A stretch of 64,000 nucleotides of DNA from an uncultured Victivallales bacterium (GTDB lineage Bacteria > Verrucomicrobiota > Kiritimatiellia > UBA8416): contig CAYYJS010000002.1 of the NCBI GenBank assembly GCA_964472315.1, positions 54,315 through 118,314 of the forward strand, read 5' to 3'. Positions 30,680-41,122 of this stretch are shown piece after piece (within the stretch, counting starts at the first letter, position 1; each line of letters opens with the position of its first letter). The position numbers were made by a program, and so were the translations under genes. Under the pieces are notes generated by a model that was given only the letters and a program-made list of their open reading frames with translations, made no database searches and was not told where the DNA came from.

Positions 30680-33600
30680 ATGCAAGACGATCGGCGGTTC
30701 ATCACGACATGTTCCATTCTGTTGGCCGCATTTACGGTGGCGGCGTATGCGCAAACCGGTAAGGACGAGAGCGGTACGATGGCCTTCGAGGATCTTGCGA
30801 TCGAGAGCGCGGTGGAAGGGGCGCTACCGACGGTTTCGGCGGATGACGACCTCCTCAAGACGTTGATGTCCGGCACCGAGGCGGATGTTCCCGTTGGCGC
30901 GATCGATGTAGGGAAAACGCTTCCGACAGTGCCCGATGGCAAGTCCGCGGTGCTGACGCTGGACGATGTTCCGGCGAGCGACTTGGCCGTGATCGAGGGC
31001 GCCGAAGCTCCGGCCGTGGATGTCGCTCCGGTCGAGGAGAAGGGCGTTGACACGCGCGGATCGGCTGCGGTGGCCGCCGCAGCCGAACCGCCCGTGAATC
31101 TGGTTGACGTTGCGACCGAGCTTGGTCTTACGGGGGAGACGGAAGTCGTGCCCCCCATGCCACGCGCCGCGGTTGCGGCGCCGCCGACGGACGACCTTGC
31201 GGATCTGCTGGCCGGCGAGGAGGAAACCGTAACCGTACCGTCCGTCCCGGCGCCTCCCGTCATTCCGGTTTCGTTGGCGGAAGAGGTTCCCGTCGTGGAA
31301 TCCGTCACACCCTTGGAAACGGTTCCGGAAGAGACGGCGACGGTTTCCGCGGTTGTCGACAAAGTCCCTGCCCCGCCTGTCGTGACCGATGACATAGGAA
31401 TCGAAGACCTCATCAAGGAACTTGCAGGCGAGACCGAGGCCGAGATGGCTATCGAGCGGGTTCCGATCGAAACACCCCAGCCTCCCGCGTCTGTCGACGT
31501 CGTCCCGCCGCCCGCTGAAGACGTCCCTCCCGCACCGGTGGTCGCGCCCGTCGAAATCGTCGATCAGCCGCCGGAGTTTGTGGACGACATGGCCATCGAT
31601 GCCGACGTGCTCAAATCCCTGACACGCGAGGCACGCGCCGACACGACGACGGCTGCTGTTGCGGAGGCGCCCGCCATGGAGCTTGTCATCGAAGGCCTGA
31701 TCGATGAAGCCGAACTCGCCGTCGAGCCGCCGACGGCGCCGCCGCCGGCCCGAGTCGAAAAGCCGGTTCTGCCGATCGAGGAAACCGTCGCCGAACCGGT
31801 CGGCTCACCGTCCGTGGCGAAACCGCTTCCGCCCGTCGGAAAAACGGTAGATACTCCGACACCTGCGGTTGCCGAGGACATGGGTGCCGCTGTCGAGAAT
31901 GTGACCGCGACGGGTGAGCCTGCGATTGCTGAGCGGGCCGTTCGTAATCGGTCCGATGTCGCTCTGGACACGTTCGCGGTTCAGGAGTCCCTGAAGCGTA
32001 TCGCGGAAGAGGCGCATGGGCTGGAGAGCCTCCAACTGGGCGAGCAGGCGCTTGCCGATCGCCAGTTTCAGAAGGCCGTGACGCGGTTCGACGAAGCGTT
32101 GCGCTTCATCCCTGAGCGTGCCGACACGGTGGAATCGCGGGGCCGCGCGCGTCGTGGTCTGGCCGCGGCGTACTATGTGCAGGCGCTATCCTTCGAGCGC
32201 GAGAACGAGCTCGATAAGGCACTGGCTGCGGCCATCAACGCCGTCAACTACGGGTATATCAAGGCCGAATCCACGGTTCGCCGGCTCAAACTCAAGATCG
32301 AGAAGGGCCCGATCGCCCCGCCGCCGACGAAGGATCGCCGATGGGAAGAGGAGTCGTATCTCGACATCCAACGACAGATTCAGGAGTGGTTGAAGCGGGG
32401 GCGCGAAGCCTATTTGGCGCATGAATACGAGAAGTCGCGTGGGGCGTTCGAATCCGTCCTGGCGCGTGACCCGCACAACAAGGAAGCTATTCGCATGCTG
32501 CGGCGCGCCTCCGACAAGATGTACGACCGGGCGTCGATGGAGCTGGAATCGACGCGATCGCGCATGATGGAGTCGGTGCGTGACACTTGGAATCCGCGCG
32601 ACTATGGCATATTGGAGACGCCGATGGAGGCCAAGGTCGGACGTGCGGCCACGAAGCCGGTCGACGAGATCGAACGGGAGAAGATCCTGGCCAAGATGCA
32701 GCAGATCAGGATTCCGGAGGTCGATTTTCGGCAGGCGAACATCCGTGATGTGATCGATTTCCTGCACAGCCAGAGCGTCGAGAACGACACTACGACGGGC
32801 GAGGGGCGCAAGGGCGTCAACTTCATTCTCAAACTGGACGAAGGCGCCGCGAAGGCTGGTGGCCGGGTCACGCCTGCCGCATCCACCGATCCGTTCGCCG
32901 CCACGGCCGATGTATTCGGGGGGCCGGCGGCGGCCGCTCCGGGCGCCGGCGCCGACAACCTGGTGACGTTCGGCGCGCTCGACATTACGCTGAAGGAAGC
33001 GCTGGACATTGTCGTCGACATCGCACACCTCAAGTATCGGATCAAAGAGAGCGTCGTGATGATCGTTCCCTTCGATGAAGCATCGGGCGAGATCATCCAT
33101 CGCATGTACGACGTCTTGCCGTCTTTTGTCACGAAGTCCGGCGAATTGAGCGAAGCCTTGCGGTCCTCCCGTAGCGACCGCGGCGGCGGCGATTTTATCC
33201 CCATGGGCGAGCCCGGTGGCGGGGGCGGTGCGCCCAGCGCCGAGCAGGACTGGAAGGTGGTGTTTACGGAGATGGGTGTCGAATGGCCGCAACGGTCATC
33301 CATCAAGTACGTGCCGACGATCGGCAAGCTGATTGTCGCCAATACGGCCGAAAACCTGACGGTCTTCGAAAAGGTGCTATCGGTACTCAATGTCATTCCG
33401 TATCAGGTGGAAATCGAGGCCCGCTTCGTGGAGGTCGCCCAGACGGATATCGACTCGCTCGGACTCGAGTGGTTACTTACCGACAACTGGGAACTTGCCG
33501 AGAAGAAGACGGATGCCGGGTTGCCGCTGGCGGCGCGCGAGCGCTTGGTGCTGAACGCGAATGTCAACTCGGGCGGGTTCACCAAGGGGAATCGGTTCCT

Positions 33601-34396
33601 GACGAAAAGCGCGCCGGGCGGCATGACGCTTGCGGATGACATTCTCAGCATGAGCGCCGTGCTGACGAATCCGGAGATGTCGGTGATCCTCCACGCGTTG
33701 CAGCAGCGCGGGCACACGGACCTGCTTTCAGCGCCGAAGATCACCACGCAGTCGGGGCAGGAGGCGTCGCTCAAGGTGGTGACCGAGTACATCTACCCGA
33801 CCGAATTCGAGACGTCCGGCATTGGCGGCGGCACTACGGTTGGCGCCGGCGGCGCGGCGGTGGGGGGCGGCACGGTGGGCGCCGTCGTGACACCGACCGC
33901 GTTCGAGACGCGCGAGGTCGGCGTCATTCTCTCGGTGTTGCCGGAAGTGACCCCCGAAGGTCAGATGATCAACTTGACCATGTCGCCGGAAGTCGTCTCC
34001 GAGCCGACCTGGAAGAACTACGGATCGACGTATCAGTCGGACATCAACGGGGATGGCGTGCTCGAAACGCAGACGCTGAATATGGAACAGCCGTTTTTTC
34101 ATACGCGTCAGCTCAACACGAGCATGTTGATCTACAATGGTGCGACCGTCGTGATGGGCGGCATGATTACCGAGGTGCGGCACGATGTTGACGACAAAGT
34201 GCCGTTTCTCGGCGATATCCCGATTTTCGGACGGCTCTTCCGGAGCAAGAGCGAGACGAGCGAGAAGCGCAACCTGCTTATCTTTGTCACGGCCCGCCTG
34301 GTCGATCCGGCCGGGCGCCCCTTGGATCAGACGCGGCAGGGCTTGCTTACCGACGTGCTTGCGGAAGGCCTGATGGAGAAGGATGGCACGAAGTAG
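30680..34396 (+). CDS. pilQ: Secretin (PilQ/GspD family), giant form with low-complexity N-terminus and TPR-like segment
   Basis: Signal peptide. Roughly 450 aa that are Ala/Pro/Val/Glu-rich. TPR-like helices. C-terminal secretin domain (LLSAPKITTQSGQEASLKV ... VPFLGDIPIFGRLFRSKSETSEKRNLLIFVTARLV). Start could be 30671 or 30680. Confidence 0.85.
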   Translation: MQDDRRFITTCSILLAAFTVAAYAQTGKDESGTMAFEDLAIESAVEGALPTVSADDDLLKTLMSGTEADVPVGAIDVGKTLPTVPDGKSAVLTLDDVPASDLAVIEGAEAPAVDVAPVEEKGVDTRGSAAVAAAAEPPVNLVDVATELGLTGETEVVPPMPRAAVAAPPTDDLADLLAGEEETVTVPSVPAPPVIPVSLAEEVPVVESVTPLETVPEETATVSAVVDKVPAPPVVTDDIGIEDLIKELAGETEAEMAIERVPIETPQPPASVDVVPPPAEDVPPAPVVAPVEIVDQPPEFVDDMAIDADVLKSLTREARADTTTAAVAEAPAMELVIEGLIDEAELAVEPPTAPPPARVEKPVLPIEETVAEPVGSPSVAKPLPPVGKTVDTPTPAVAEDMGAAVENVTATGEPAIAERAVRNRSDVALDTFAVQESLKRIAEEAHGLESLQLGEQALADRQFQKAVTRFDEALRFIPERADTVESRGRARRGLAAAYYVQALSFERENELDKALAAAINAVNYGYIKAESTVRRLKLKIEKGPIAPPPTKDRRWEEESYLDIQRQIQEWLKRGREAYLAHEYEKSRGAFESVLARDPHNKEAIRMLRRASDKMYDRASMELESTRSRMMESVRDTWNPRDYGILETPMEAKVGRAATKPVDEIEREKILAKMQQIRIPEVDFRQANIRDVIDFLHSQSVENDTTTGEGRKGVNFILKLDEGAAKAGGRVTPAASTDPFAATADVFGGPAAAAPGAGADNLVTFGALDITLKEALDIVVDIAHLKYRIKESVVMIVPFDEASGEIIHRMYDVLPSFVTKSGELSEALRSSRSDRGGGDFIPMGEPGGGGGAPSAEQDWKVVFTEMGVEWPQRSSIKYVPTIGKLIVANTAENLTVFEKVLSVLNVIPYQVEIEARFVEVAQTDIDSLGLEWLLTDNWELAEKKTDAGLPLAARERLVLNANVNSGGFTKGNRFLTKSAPGGMTLADDILSMSAVLTNPEMSVILHALQQRGHTDLLSAPKITTQSGQEASLKVVTEYIYPTEFETSGIGGGTTVGAGGAAVGGGTVGAVVTPTAFETREVGVILSVLPEVTPEGQMINLTMSPEVVSEPTWKNYGSTYQSDINGDGVLETQTLNMEQPFFHTRQLNTSMLIYNGATVVMGGMITEVRHDVDDKVPFLGDIPIFGRLFRSKSETSEKRNLLIFVTARLVDPAGRPLDQTRQGLLTDVLAEGLMEKDGTK
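30900..32000 (+). repeat. Low-complexity, reiterated Pro/Val/Ala/Glu-rich coding segment inside the secretin gene
   Basis: Recurring VPAPPV, AEEVPVVESVTPLETVPEE and VDVVPPPAEDVPPAPVVAPVEIVD units. It produces the long spurious antisense ORF 30592..31416. Confidence 0.5.
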
Positions 34397-34438
34397 GCGT
34401 TCCGCCCACGGCCTGCCCCGCGGCCTCCGTATTCGTTC

Positions 34439-35317
34439 ATGTCAACCTCGCGACTAGTCCTCATCGATGCCATGGGCATCGTCTATCGGAGTTTCTTTGC
34501 GATCCGGAACCTGTCCAGGTCGGATGGCGTTCCGACGAATGCGCTATTCGGGTTCATCCGCGCGCTGAACCAGGTGCGCGCACGCATGACCCCGACGCAC
34601 TGGGTGGTTGTGTTCGATGGTGGGCTGCCGTCGGAGCGAACCGTCCGTCTGCCGGAGTACAAGGCCCAACGTCCGCACATGCCGGACGACATGCGCGTTC
34701 AACTGCCGTACATCAACCGGTACCTGGAGGCCGCGGGTGTGCCTTCGCTGTTGCGTGACGCATGCGAAGCGGACGACCTGATCGCCTCGCTGGTGGCGCG
34801 CCATGCCGCCGATGTCGATGGCGTGGTTATTCTTTCGAGCGATAAGGACATGTATCAGCTTGTCAGCGACAAGGTGCGCGTGACGCGGTCCGGTACGGGC
34901 GAGGATGCCATGGGGCCGGCGGAAGTGGAAGCGAAGACCGGTGTACGGCCCGAGCAGGTTGTCGAGTGGCTGGCGCTGGTCGGTGATGCCGCCGACAACA
35001 TTGGCGGGGTGCCTGGGGTTGGGGGCAAGACGGCGAGCCGGTTGTTGAAGGCGTACGGGACGATCGACGGGTTATGGGCGCACTTGGGCGAACTGGGAGA
35101 GGGGCGCGTCGCGACCAGCCTGGCCGCTTCGCGGGCCATCGTCGAGCGCAACCTGTCGGTCGTGCGGTTGACCTCCGATCTGGCTGACCTGCCGACGTTG
35201 ACCGAGTTGGCCGTGCAACCGGAGCCGACGTCGCGCGTGGTGGCCTTTTATGAGGAGATGGAGTTCCACGCGTTGGCGCGGGCGGCACGGTCGCCCGAAC
35301 TGTCGCTGGGCGGTTGA
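34439..35317 (+). CDS. Stand-alone 5'-3' exonuclease / flap endonuclease (Pol I N-terminal domain homolog)
   Basis: LVLIDAMGIVYRSFFA start. Acidic catalytic clusters. H3TH-like GVPGVGGKTASRLL. No polymerase domain follows. Confidence 0.8.
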   Translation: MSTSRLVLIDAMGIVYRSFFAIRNLSRSDGVPTNALFGFIRALNQVRARMTPTHWVVVFDGGLPSERTVRLPEYKAQRPHMPDDMRVQLPYINRYLEAAGVPSLLRDACEADDLIASLVARHAADVDGVVILSSDKDMYQLVSDKVRVTRSGTGEDAMGPAEVEAKTGVRPEQVVEWLALVGDAADNIGGVPGVGGKTASRLLKAYGTIDGLWAHLGELGEGRVATSLAASRAIVERNLSVVRLTSDLADLPTLTELAVQPEPTSRVVAFYEEMEFHALARAARSPELSLGG

Positions 35318-35324
35318 TTTTTTT
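35293..35324 (+). terminator. Possible intrinsic terminator (short stem + 7-T run) after the exonuclease gene
   Basis: CGCCC ... GGGCG stem overlapping the last codons. The stop TGA at 35315-35317 is followed directly by TTTTTTT, which is rare in this GC-rich sequence. Confidence 0.25.
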
Positions 35325-35479
35325 GCGTTGACGCGTCCGTGGGCCATGATATCCTTCACACACTTTCCCTGAGTGAGAACACCTGTTTATTCCCAACTAT
35401 GCCGTGATCGGCTCCCCGTGTTGACGCTACCCGCGCAGCGCGGTTTTCTGGTAACGCACACACAGATGCGGTTCCGGCC

Positions 35480-36097
35480 ATGGTGCAGATAGCAGTTACA
35501 GGCGGGATTGCCTGCGGGAAGACGCTCGTGGGCGAGTTTCTCAAGGCGCGAGGCGTGGTGGTGTGCGACGCGGACCCCATTGCGCATGATCTGCTGCGGC
35601 GTGGCGAGCCGGTGTTCGAGGGTGTCGTGGAAGCGTTCGGTCCCGGCGTTCTCACGGTCGATGGGGATGCGATCGACCGCGGCTTGCTGGGTGGTATTGT
35701 GTTTGGGGACGCGGTGGCGCGGGCGCGACTGAACGCGTTGGTGCACCCGGTTGTCGCGATGCGGTTGGACGCGTGGCGACGCGATGCGAAAGCGGCGGGT
35801 GCGTACGTGATCGCGGCGTTGGTGCCGTTGCTTTTCGAGGCCGGCATGGACGCCGGGTGGGACGCCGTCGTCTGCGTTGTCGCCTCGCCGGCCACGCAGC
35901 GGGAACGGTTGCTGGCGCGGGGCCTGAGTGAAGCGGCGGCGGTGTGCCGGATGCAGGCGCAGTTGCCGCAGGCGGTCAAGGCCGCGCGGAGCGACTACGT
36001 GATCGTCAACGACGGGACACGGGACGTGGCGGAGGAGCAAACGAGTCGGGTGCTGAAGCGCATCCTGGAGAGACCCTATGGCAGAGAACGCGAATAA
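35480..36097 (+). CDS. coaE: Dephospho-CoA kinase
   Basis: [13 protein letters not shown]-loop at the N-terminus. About 200 aa. Confidence 0.85.
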   Translation: MVQIAVTGGIACGKTLVGEFLKARGVVVCDADPIAHDLLRRGEPVFEGVVEAFGPGVLTVDGDAIDRGLLGGIVFGDAVARARLNALVHPVVAMRLDAWRRDAKAAGAYVIAALVPLLFEAGMDAGWDAVVCVVASPATQRERLLARGLSEAAAVCRMQAQLPQAVKAARSDYVIVNDGTRDVAEEQTSRVLKRILERPYGRERE

Positions 36098-37532
36098 TGG
36101 TGGACAGCAACAGCAGCAACGCAAGCCGCCGCGTGGGCGCGGCATACGGAACCGCGGCCGTGGCGGCAATGGCGATGGAATGAACCCGCAGCGCGGCATG
36201 GCGCAGAGCGATCAGCCCTCCGCCCAGCAGCAGCGCCCCCGCGAGGAACCCCGCGAGCCGTTGCCCGCGGGCGTGCCTGACGTGCTGAGGCTATACGAGT
36301 TGCAGTCCATGTCGGTCCCCGACCTCAACACGATGGCGGACAGTCTTGGCCTGGTGGAACTGGGCGCCATGCGGAAGCATGAGCTGATTTTCGAGATCCT
36401 CAAGGCGCATGCGCGCTATGAGGGCAAGATCATGAGCCGGGGCGTGCTTGAGATTCTGCCGGACGGCTTCGGTTTTCTACGTTCCCCGTACAACAACTAC
36501 CTGCCTTGTCCCGAGGACATCTACGTGTCGCCGTCCCAGATCCGGCGGTTTGCGTTGCGGACAGGCGACCATGTCGAAGGCGAGATTCGGGAGCCGAAGG
36601 AGAAAGAGCGGTTTTTCGCGATGTTGCGCGTGGACCGCGTCAATGAGGCGGAGCCGGAGAAGTCGCGGCAGAAGATTCCGTTCGAGAATCTGACGCCTTT
36701 GTTTCCGGACCGCCGCGTATCGCTCGAAAGCGATCCGAAGGGTATTTCGATGCGCGTGATGGACATCTTCACGCCGATCGGGTTCGGTCAGCGCGGGCTC
36801 ATCGTGGCCGCTCCGCGCACCGGCAAGACCGTCCTGCTTCAGCAGATCGCGAACAGCATCTCGGCGAACCACCCGGACGTGCACCTGATCATCCTGCTGA
36901 TCGACGAACGGCCGGAGGAGGTCACCGATATGACCCGCAATACGAAGGCGCACGTGCTCAGTTCGACTTTTGACGAAGCCCCGGACCGGCACATCCAAGT
37001 GGCCGAGCTGGTGATCGAGATGTCGAAACGCATGGTCGAGTGCGGCAAGGATGTCGTGATTCTGCTCGACAGCATCACGCGTCTGGCGCGCGCCTACAAC
37101 ACCGTTCAGCCGCACAGCGGCAAGATCCTCTCCGGCGGCGTCGACTCCAACGCCCTGCACAAGCCGAAGCGGTTTTTCGGCGCCGCGCGGAACATCGAAC
37201 ACGGGGGCAGTCTGACGATCATTGCGACGGCGCTGGTCGAGACCGGCAGTCGAATGGACGATGTCATCTTCGAGGAGTTCAAGGGCACGGGGAACATGGA
37301 GTTGTGCCTGGACCGTACGTTGAGCGACAAACGCATCTTCCCGTCCATCAACATCGAGAAGTCCGGCACCCGCAAGGAAGAGTTGCTGCTGCACCCGGAT
37401 GAACTGAACAAGGTATGGATTCTGCGGCGCGCGATCAACGGCGTTCCGGCGGTTGAGTCCATGGAAATGATCGTGAACCGGCTCAAGAAGACGAGCAGCA
37501 ATGCCGAATTCCTGATGTCGATGAAGGAATAG
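36078..37532 (+). CDS. rho: Transcription termination factor Rho
   Basis: Gln/Arg-rich N-terminal insertion. RNA-binding domain. [15 protein letters not shown] Walker A. Full length. Confidence 0.95.
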   Translation: MAENANNGGQQQQQRKPPRGRGIRNRGRGGNGDGMNPQRGMAQSDQPSAQQQRPREEPREPLPAGVPDVLRLYELQSMSVPDLNTMADSLGLVELGAMRKHELIFEILKAHARYEGKIMSRGVLEILPDGFGFLRSPYNNYLPCPEDIYVSPSQIRRFALRTGDHVEGEIREPKEKERFFAMLRVDRVNEAEPEKSRQKIPFENLTPLFPDRRVSLESDPKGISMRVMDIFTPIGFGQRGLIVAAPRTGKTVLLQQIANSISANHPDVHLIILLIDERPEEVTDMTRNTKAHVLSSTFDEAPDRHIQVAELVIEMSKRMVECGKDVVILLDSITRLARAYNTVQPHSGKILSGGVDSNALHKPKRFFGAARNIEHGGSLTIIATALVETGSRMDDVIFEEFKGTGNMELCLDRTLSDKRIFPSINIEKSGTRKEELLLHPDELNKVWILRRAINGVPAVESMEMIVNRLKKTSSNAEFLMSMKE

Positions 37533-37545
37533 GCGCCGGGAATCG

Positions 37546-37573
37546 CCGTTCCCGCCGCCGTGGCGGGCAACGG
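37546..37573 (+). terminator. GC-rich hairpin immediately downstream of rho (possible terminator/attenuator)
   Basis: CCGTTCCCGCC-GCCGT-GGCGGGCAACGG is an 11-bp interrupted stem. No U-tract follows. Confidence 0.3.
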
Positions 37574-37574
37574 G

Positions 37575-37613
37575 TCGGCAATTGCGGATGTCGGCAATTG
37601 CGGGTTGCAATTG
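37575..37613 (+). promoter_or_regulatory. Three tandem copies of the palindrome GCAATTGC (operator-like) upstream of tig-clpP-clpX
   Basis: TCGGCAATTGCGG at 37575 and again at 37591. TTGCAATTGACC at 37605. This is 120-160 nt upstream of the tig start. Confidence 0.35.
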
Positions 37614-37732
37614 ACCACCCCGACTCTATTATGTCGGGCCTGTTCGAACGTCGGACCGGTCCGGGGTGGCCGGACACAACCGAATCCGCCAGTGGTCCGG
37701 CGGTGGTATCAGGCGAGGAAAGTGTGAGCGGT

Positions 37733-39028
37733 ATGAAGATTTCCGTCGAGAAGAAGGATGGGTGTCGCCGTGTTGTGGATGTGGAGGTCGGCGCCGACCA
37801 TGTGCGTGAGGACTATGACCGCGTTGTGGCGCTTTTTGCCGGTCAGGTCCGTGTGCCTGGCTTTCGTGCCGGACGCGCTCCCGCGAACCTGGTGGAGCGG
37901 CGTTTTCAGAAGCAGATCACGGACGAAGCGCGCGAGCGCCTGGTGCCGCAGTACTACCGGGATGCGCTGGCCAAGGAAGGCATCGCGCCGGTGGCGCTCG
38001 TTGACGTGGCCAATGTCTCTTTTTCCAAGAACGATGGACTCAAGTTCCGTGTCGAAGTCGACGTCGCACCCGATTTCAAGTTGCCGAAGTACAAGAAGCT
38101 GACGGTGAAACGTCAACCGGTCGACGTCGGCGATGCCGAGGTCGACCGCGCGCTCGAAGATCTGCGGGCGCGGTTCGCGCGGTATGAGGATGTCGAGGGC
38201 CAGACCGTGGCGGCCGACGATCTGGTGCGGGTCGACTACGCGGGAACCGTCGACGGGGCGCCTGTCGCCGAACTGACCCAGGAGTGCCGTGACTTGGGCG
38301 CGGGGAGCGATTTCTGGGTGCCGATCGGCGATCCCGAGTTTCTGCCGGGGTTCAATGCGGGGCTTACGGGAGCCGCGATCGGTGATACGGTGACGTTTGA
38401 CGTGACGTTTCCCGATGGCTATCACGTCAAGGATATCGTCGGCAAGACCGCGCGCTATGTGGTGACCGTCAAGGCATTGCGCCGCCGTGCGATGCCGGCG
38501 ATCGATCAGGAGTTTCTGAAGCGTCTCGGCGTGGAAACGGAGAGCGAGTTGCGGACACGGCTGAAGGACGATCTCATCCGGGCCGGCGAGAATGCCGAAC
38601 AGGCTCGCTTGCGCGATGAGGTCGCGAAGGAACTTCTCGACAAGGCCGATTTCGATGTCCCGCGGTCGCTGGTCGATCGCGAGCGCAACGAAATTGTGCG
38701 CGCGATCGTGCAACAGGTTGTCCGCTCGGGCGGCACGCGGGATCAGCTCCAGCAGCAACGCGAACAGTTGCTCTCCACGGCCGCGCAGCGCGCTCTCGAC
38801 CGGGTCCGACTTTCCTTCCTTGTCACCCGTATCGGGGATGAGGAGAAGATCACCGTCTCCGACGAGGATGTCGAGGCTCGCATCCGGCTCATGGCGCAGC
38901 GATACGGGATGGAACCCGAGCGCTTCCGCGCCGAGCTCGAGAAACGCGATGGCGTGGATGGCATGAGGAATGAGCTGCGCGCCGAACGGATCATGGATTT
39001 CATTCTGGAGAGCGCGAAGAGCAAGTAA
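37733..39028 (+). CDS. tig: Trigger factor
   Basis: [19 protein letters not shown] start. PPIase domain. Synteny with clpP-clpX. Confidence 0.9.
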   Translation: MKISVEKKDGCRRVVDVEVGADHVREDYDRVVALFAGQVRVPGFRAGRAPANLVERRFQKQITDEARERLVPQYYRDALAKEGIAPVALVDVANVSFSKNDGLKFRVEVDVAPDFKLPKYKKLTVKRQPVDVGDAEVDRALEDLRARFARYEDVEGQTVAADDLVRVDYAGTVDGAPVAELTQECRDLGAGSDFWVPIGDPEFLPGFNAGLTGAAIGDTVTFDVTFPDGYHVKDIVGKTARYVVTVKALRRRAMPAIDQEFLKRLGVETESELRTRLKDDLIRAGENAEQARLRDEVAKELLDKADFDVPRSLVDRERNEIVRAIVQQVVRSGGTRDQLQQQREQLLSTAAQRALDRVRLSFLVTRIGDEEKITVSDEDVEARIRLMAQRYGMEPERFRAELEKRDGVDGMRNELRAERIMDFILESAKSK

Positions 39029-39053
39029 CAGGCTTGGATTGGAAGGAGCACGC

Positions 39054-39665
39054 ATGCATGTAATGGATCAAGCTTTGGTGCCGATGGTCGTCGAACAGAC
39101 GGGACGCGGCGAACGGGCGTACGACATTTTCTCGCGTTTGTTGAAGGACCGCATCATTTTCATCGGGTCGGGCGTCAACGACGAGATCAGCAATCTGATC
39201 ATCGCGCAACTGCTCTTCCTGCAGGCCGAGGATGCGGAGAAGGACATCAGTGTCTATATCAACTCGCCGGGCGGTTCGGTAACGGCGGGAATGGCCATCT
39301 ACGATACGATGCAGTTTCTCAAATGCGATGTCGCCACGTACTGTGTGGGGCAGGCCGCCAGCATGGGTGCGGTGCTTCTCGCCGCGGGTGCGCCGGGCAA
39401 ACGATTCGCCTTGGCGAACGCCCGCATCATGATTCACCAACCGTGGGGCGGCGTGCAGGGGCAGGCCGCGGATATCAGTATCCAGGCGCAGGAGATTCTC
39501 CGGTTGCGGGCGTGTCTGAACGAGATCCTGGCCCATCACACCGGCCGGCCCATCGCGGAAATCGAGCGTGACACGGACCGCGACAAGTTCATGTCGGCCT
39601 CCGAGGCTCAGGCCTACGGGCTGGTGGACAAGGTTCTCCAGAGCCGGAAGATCGCGAAAGCCTGA
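39054..39665 (+). CDS. clpP: ATP-dependent Clp protease proteolytic subunit
   Basis: AAGGAG RBS 5 nt upstream. Catalytic GQAASMGA (Ser). HQP (His). Full-length ClpP. Confidence 0.95.
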   Translation: MHVMDQALVPMVVEQTGRGERAYDIFSRLLKDRIIFIGSGVNDEISNLIIAQLLFLQAEDAEKDISVYINSPGGSVTAGMAIYDTMQFLKCDVATYCVGQAASMGAVLLAAGAPGKRFALANARIMIHQPWGGVQGQAADISIQAQEILRLRACLNEILAHHTGRPIAEIERDTDRDKFMSASEAQAYGLVDKVLQSRKIAKA

Positions 39666-39677
39666 GGAGAGTGAACG

Positions 39678-40979
39678 ATGGCGCGCACGTTCAAAACGTG
39701 TTCCTTCTGTGGCAAGCGGCAGGACCATGTGCAGAAGCTGATTGCCGGCCCCAGGGTCAATATCTGCGACGAATGCGTTCGTCTCTGCAATGGACTCCTC
39801 GGACAGCCCGAGCCGACGACGGTGAAGAGCCCCGGCGAGGATGCCGTGCGCAGGCTGCGCGCACCCAAGCCGCACGAAATCTACGAGTTCCTCGACCAGT
39901 ACGTGATCGGTCAGTCCTATACTAAAAAAGTGTTGTCGGTCGCCGTTCACAACCACTACAAGCGGCTGCGTCAGGAATCGCACTTCGCTGCCGGCGATCC
40001 CTTCGCCGGGGTCGAGATCGAGAAGAGCAACATCCTTCTGCTCGGTCCGACGGGCAGCGGCAAGACCTTGCTGGCCAAGACGTTGGCACGATTTTTGGAC
40101 GTGCCTTTCACGATCTGCGACGCCACGACGTTGACCGAGGCCGGCTACGTCGGCGAGGACGTGGAGAACATCCTTCTGAGTTTGATCCAAGCTGCCGATG
40201 GCGATGTCAGCCGTGCCCAGACCGGTATCATCTATGTGGATGAGATCGACAAGATCGGGCGCAAGACCGAGAACGTCTCGATTACGCGCGATGTCTCCGG
40301 CGAGGGTGTGCAGCAGGCGTTGCTGAAGATTCTGGAAGGTACGATGGCCAGAGTCCCTCCGGGCGGCGGACGCAAACATCCCCAACAGGAGTACATCAAG
40401 ATCGACACCACGCATATCCTGTTTATCTGCGGGGGCGCGTTCGTCGGTCTTGACGAGATCGTCAAACGGCGCGCGGGAACCCGCGCGCTCGGGTTCGGCG
40501 CGGATGCCGAATCGCTGGCCAGAGGTATATGGCGCGACGGCGAGGGCCTGGCGGTCGAGCCCGAGGATCTGGTGCGCTACGGGATGATCCCCGAGTTGGT
40601 CGGGCGTCTGCCGGTGACCGCGGCGTTGTCGGAGTTGACGGAGGACGATCTGGTCCGGATTCTGACGGAACCCCGTAATGCCATGGTCAGTCAGTATCAG
40701 AAGCTGCTGGCCATGGAGGGAATCGAGCTTTCCTTTACGGATGCCGCCTTGCGAGAGTTGGCCCGTGTCGCGCTTAAACGGCGGACGGGCGCGCGCGGGC
40801 TCCGGTCGATCGTCGAGAAGCTGATGCTGGAAGTGATGTTCGAGGCGCCACGCCATGGGCGCGGCGGTACGATTCGCGTGACGAAGGCGATGGTGGACAA
40901 GCGCAGCGCCGCGGCCGAAGCCGCAGCCGAGGCCGTGCGTGACGCACAGAGCGGCGTCGGCAGCGTCGAAGCGGCGTGA
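39678..40979 (+). CDS. clpX: ATP-dependent Clp protease ATP-binding subunit ClpX
   Basis: CSFCGK ... C..C zinc-binding N-domain. GPTGSGKT Walker A. Full length. Confidence 0.95.
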   Translation: MARTFKTCSFCGKRQDHVQKLIAGPRVNICDECVRLCNGLLGQPEPTTVKSPGEDAVRRLRAPKPHEIYEFLDQYVIGQSYTKKVLSVAVHNHYKRLRQESHFAAGDPFAGVEIEKSNILLLGPTGSGKTLLAKTLARFLDVPFTICDATTLTEAGYVGEDVENILLSLIQAADGDVSRAQTGIIYVDEIDKIGRKTENVSITRDVSGEGVQQALLKILEGTMARVPPGGGRKHPQQEYIKIDTTHILFICGGAFVGLDEIVKRRAGTRALGFGADAESLARGIWRDGEGLAVEPEDLVRYGMIPELVGRLPVTAALSELTEDDLVRILTEPRNAMVSQYQKLLAMEGIELSFTDAALRELARVALKRRTGARGLRSIVEKLMLEVMFEAPRHGRGGTIRVTKAMVDKRSAAAEAAAEAVRDAQSGVGSVEAA

Positions 40980-41122
40980 CCGCCTTGTGTCGGCCGCATG
41001 GCCACGTGCGTGTCGGATGACGGACGGAGGGATGCTGATGGGTCCCACGCCGGTGGAGAACCGGACTCCGAGTCGGTGGTCCCGTGGTTCCCCGGCGGTT
41101 GGCTCTTGCTCGGAACCGCATG

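Noticed and set aside
36477-39055. Minus-strand ORFs 36477..37610 and 37709..39055
   Set aside because: Antisense to rho and tig.
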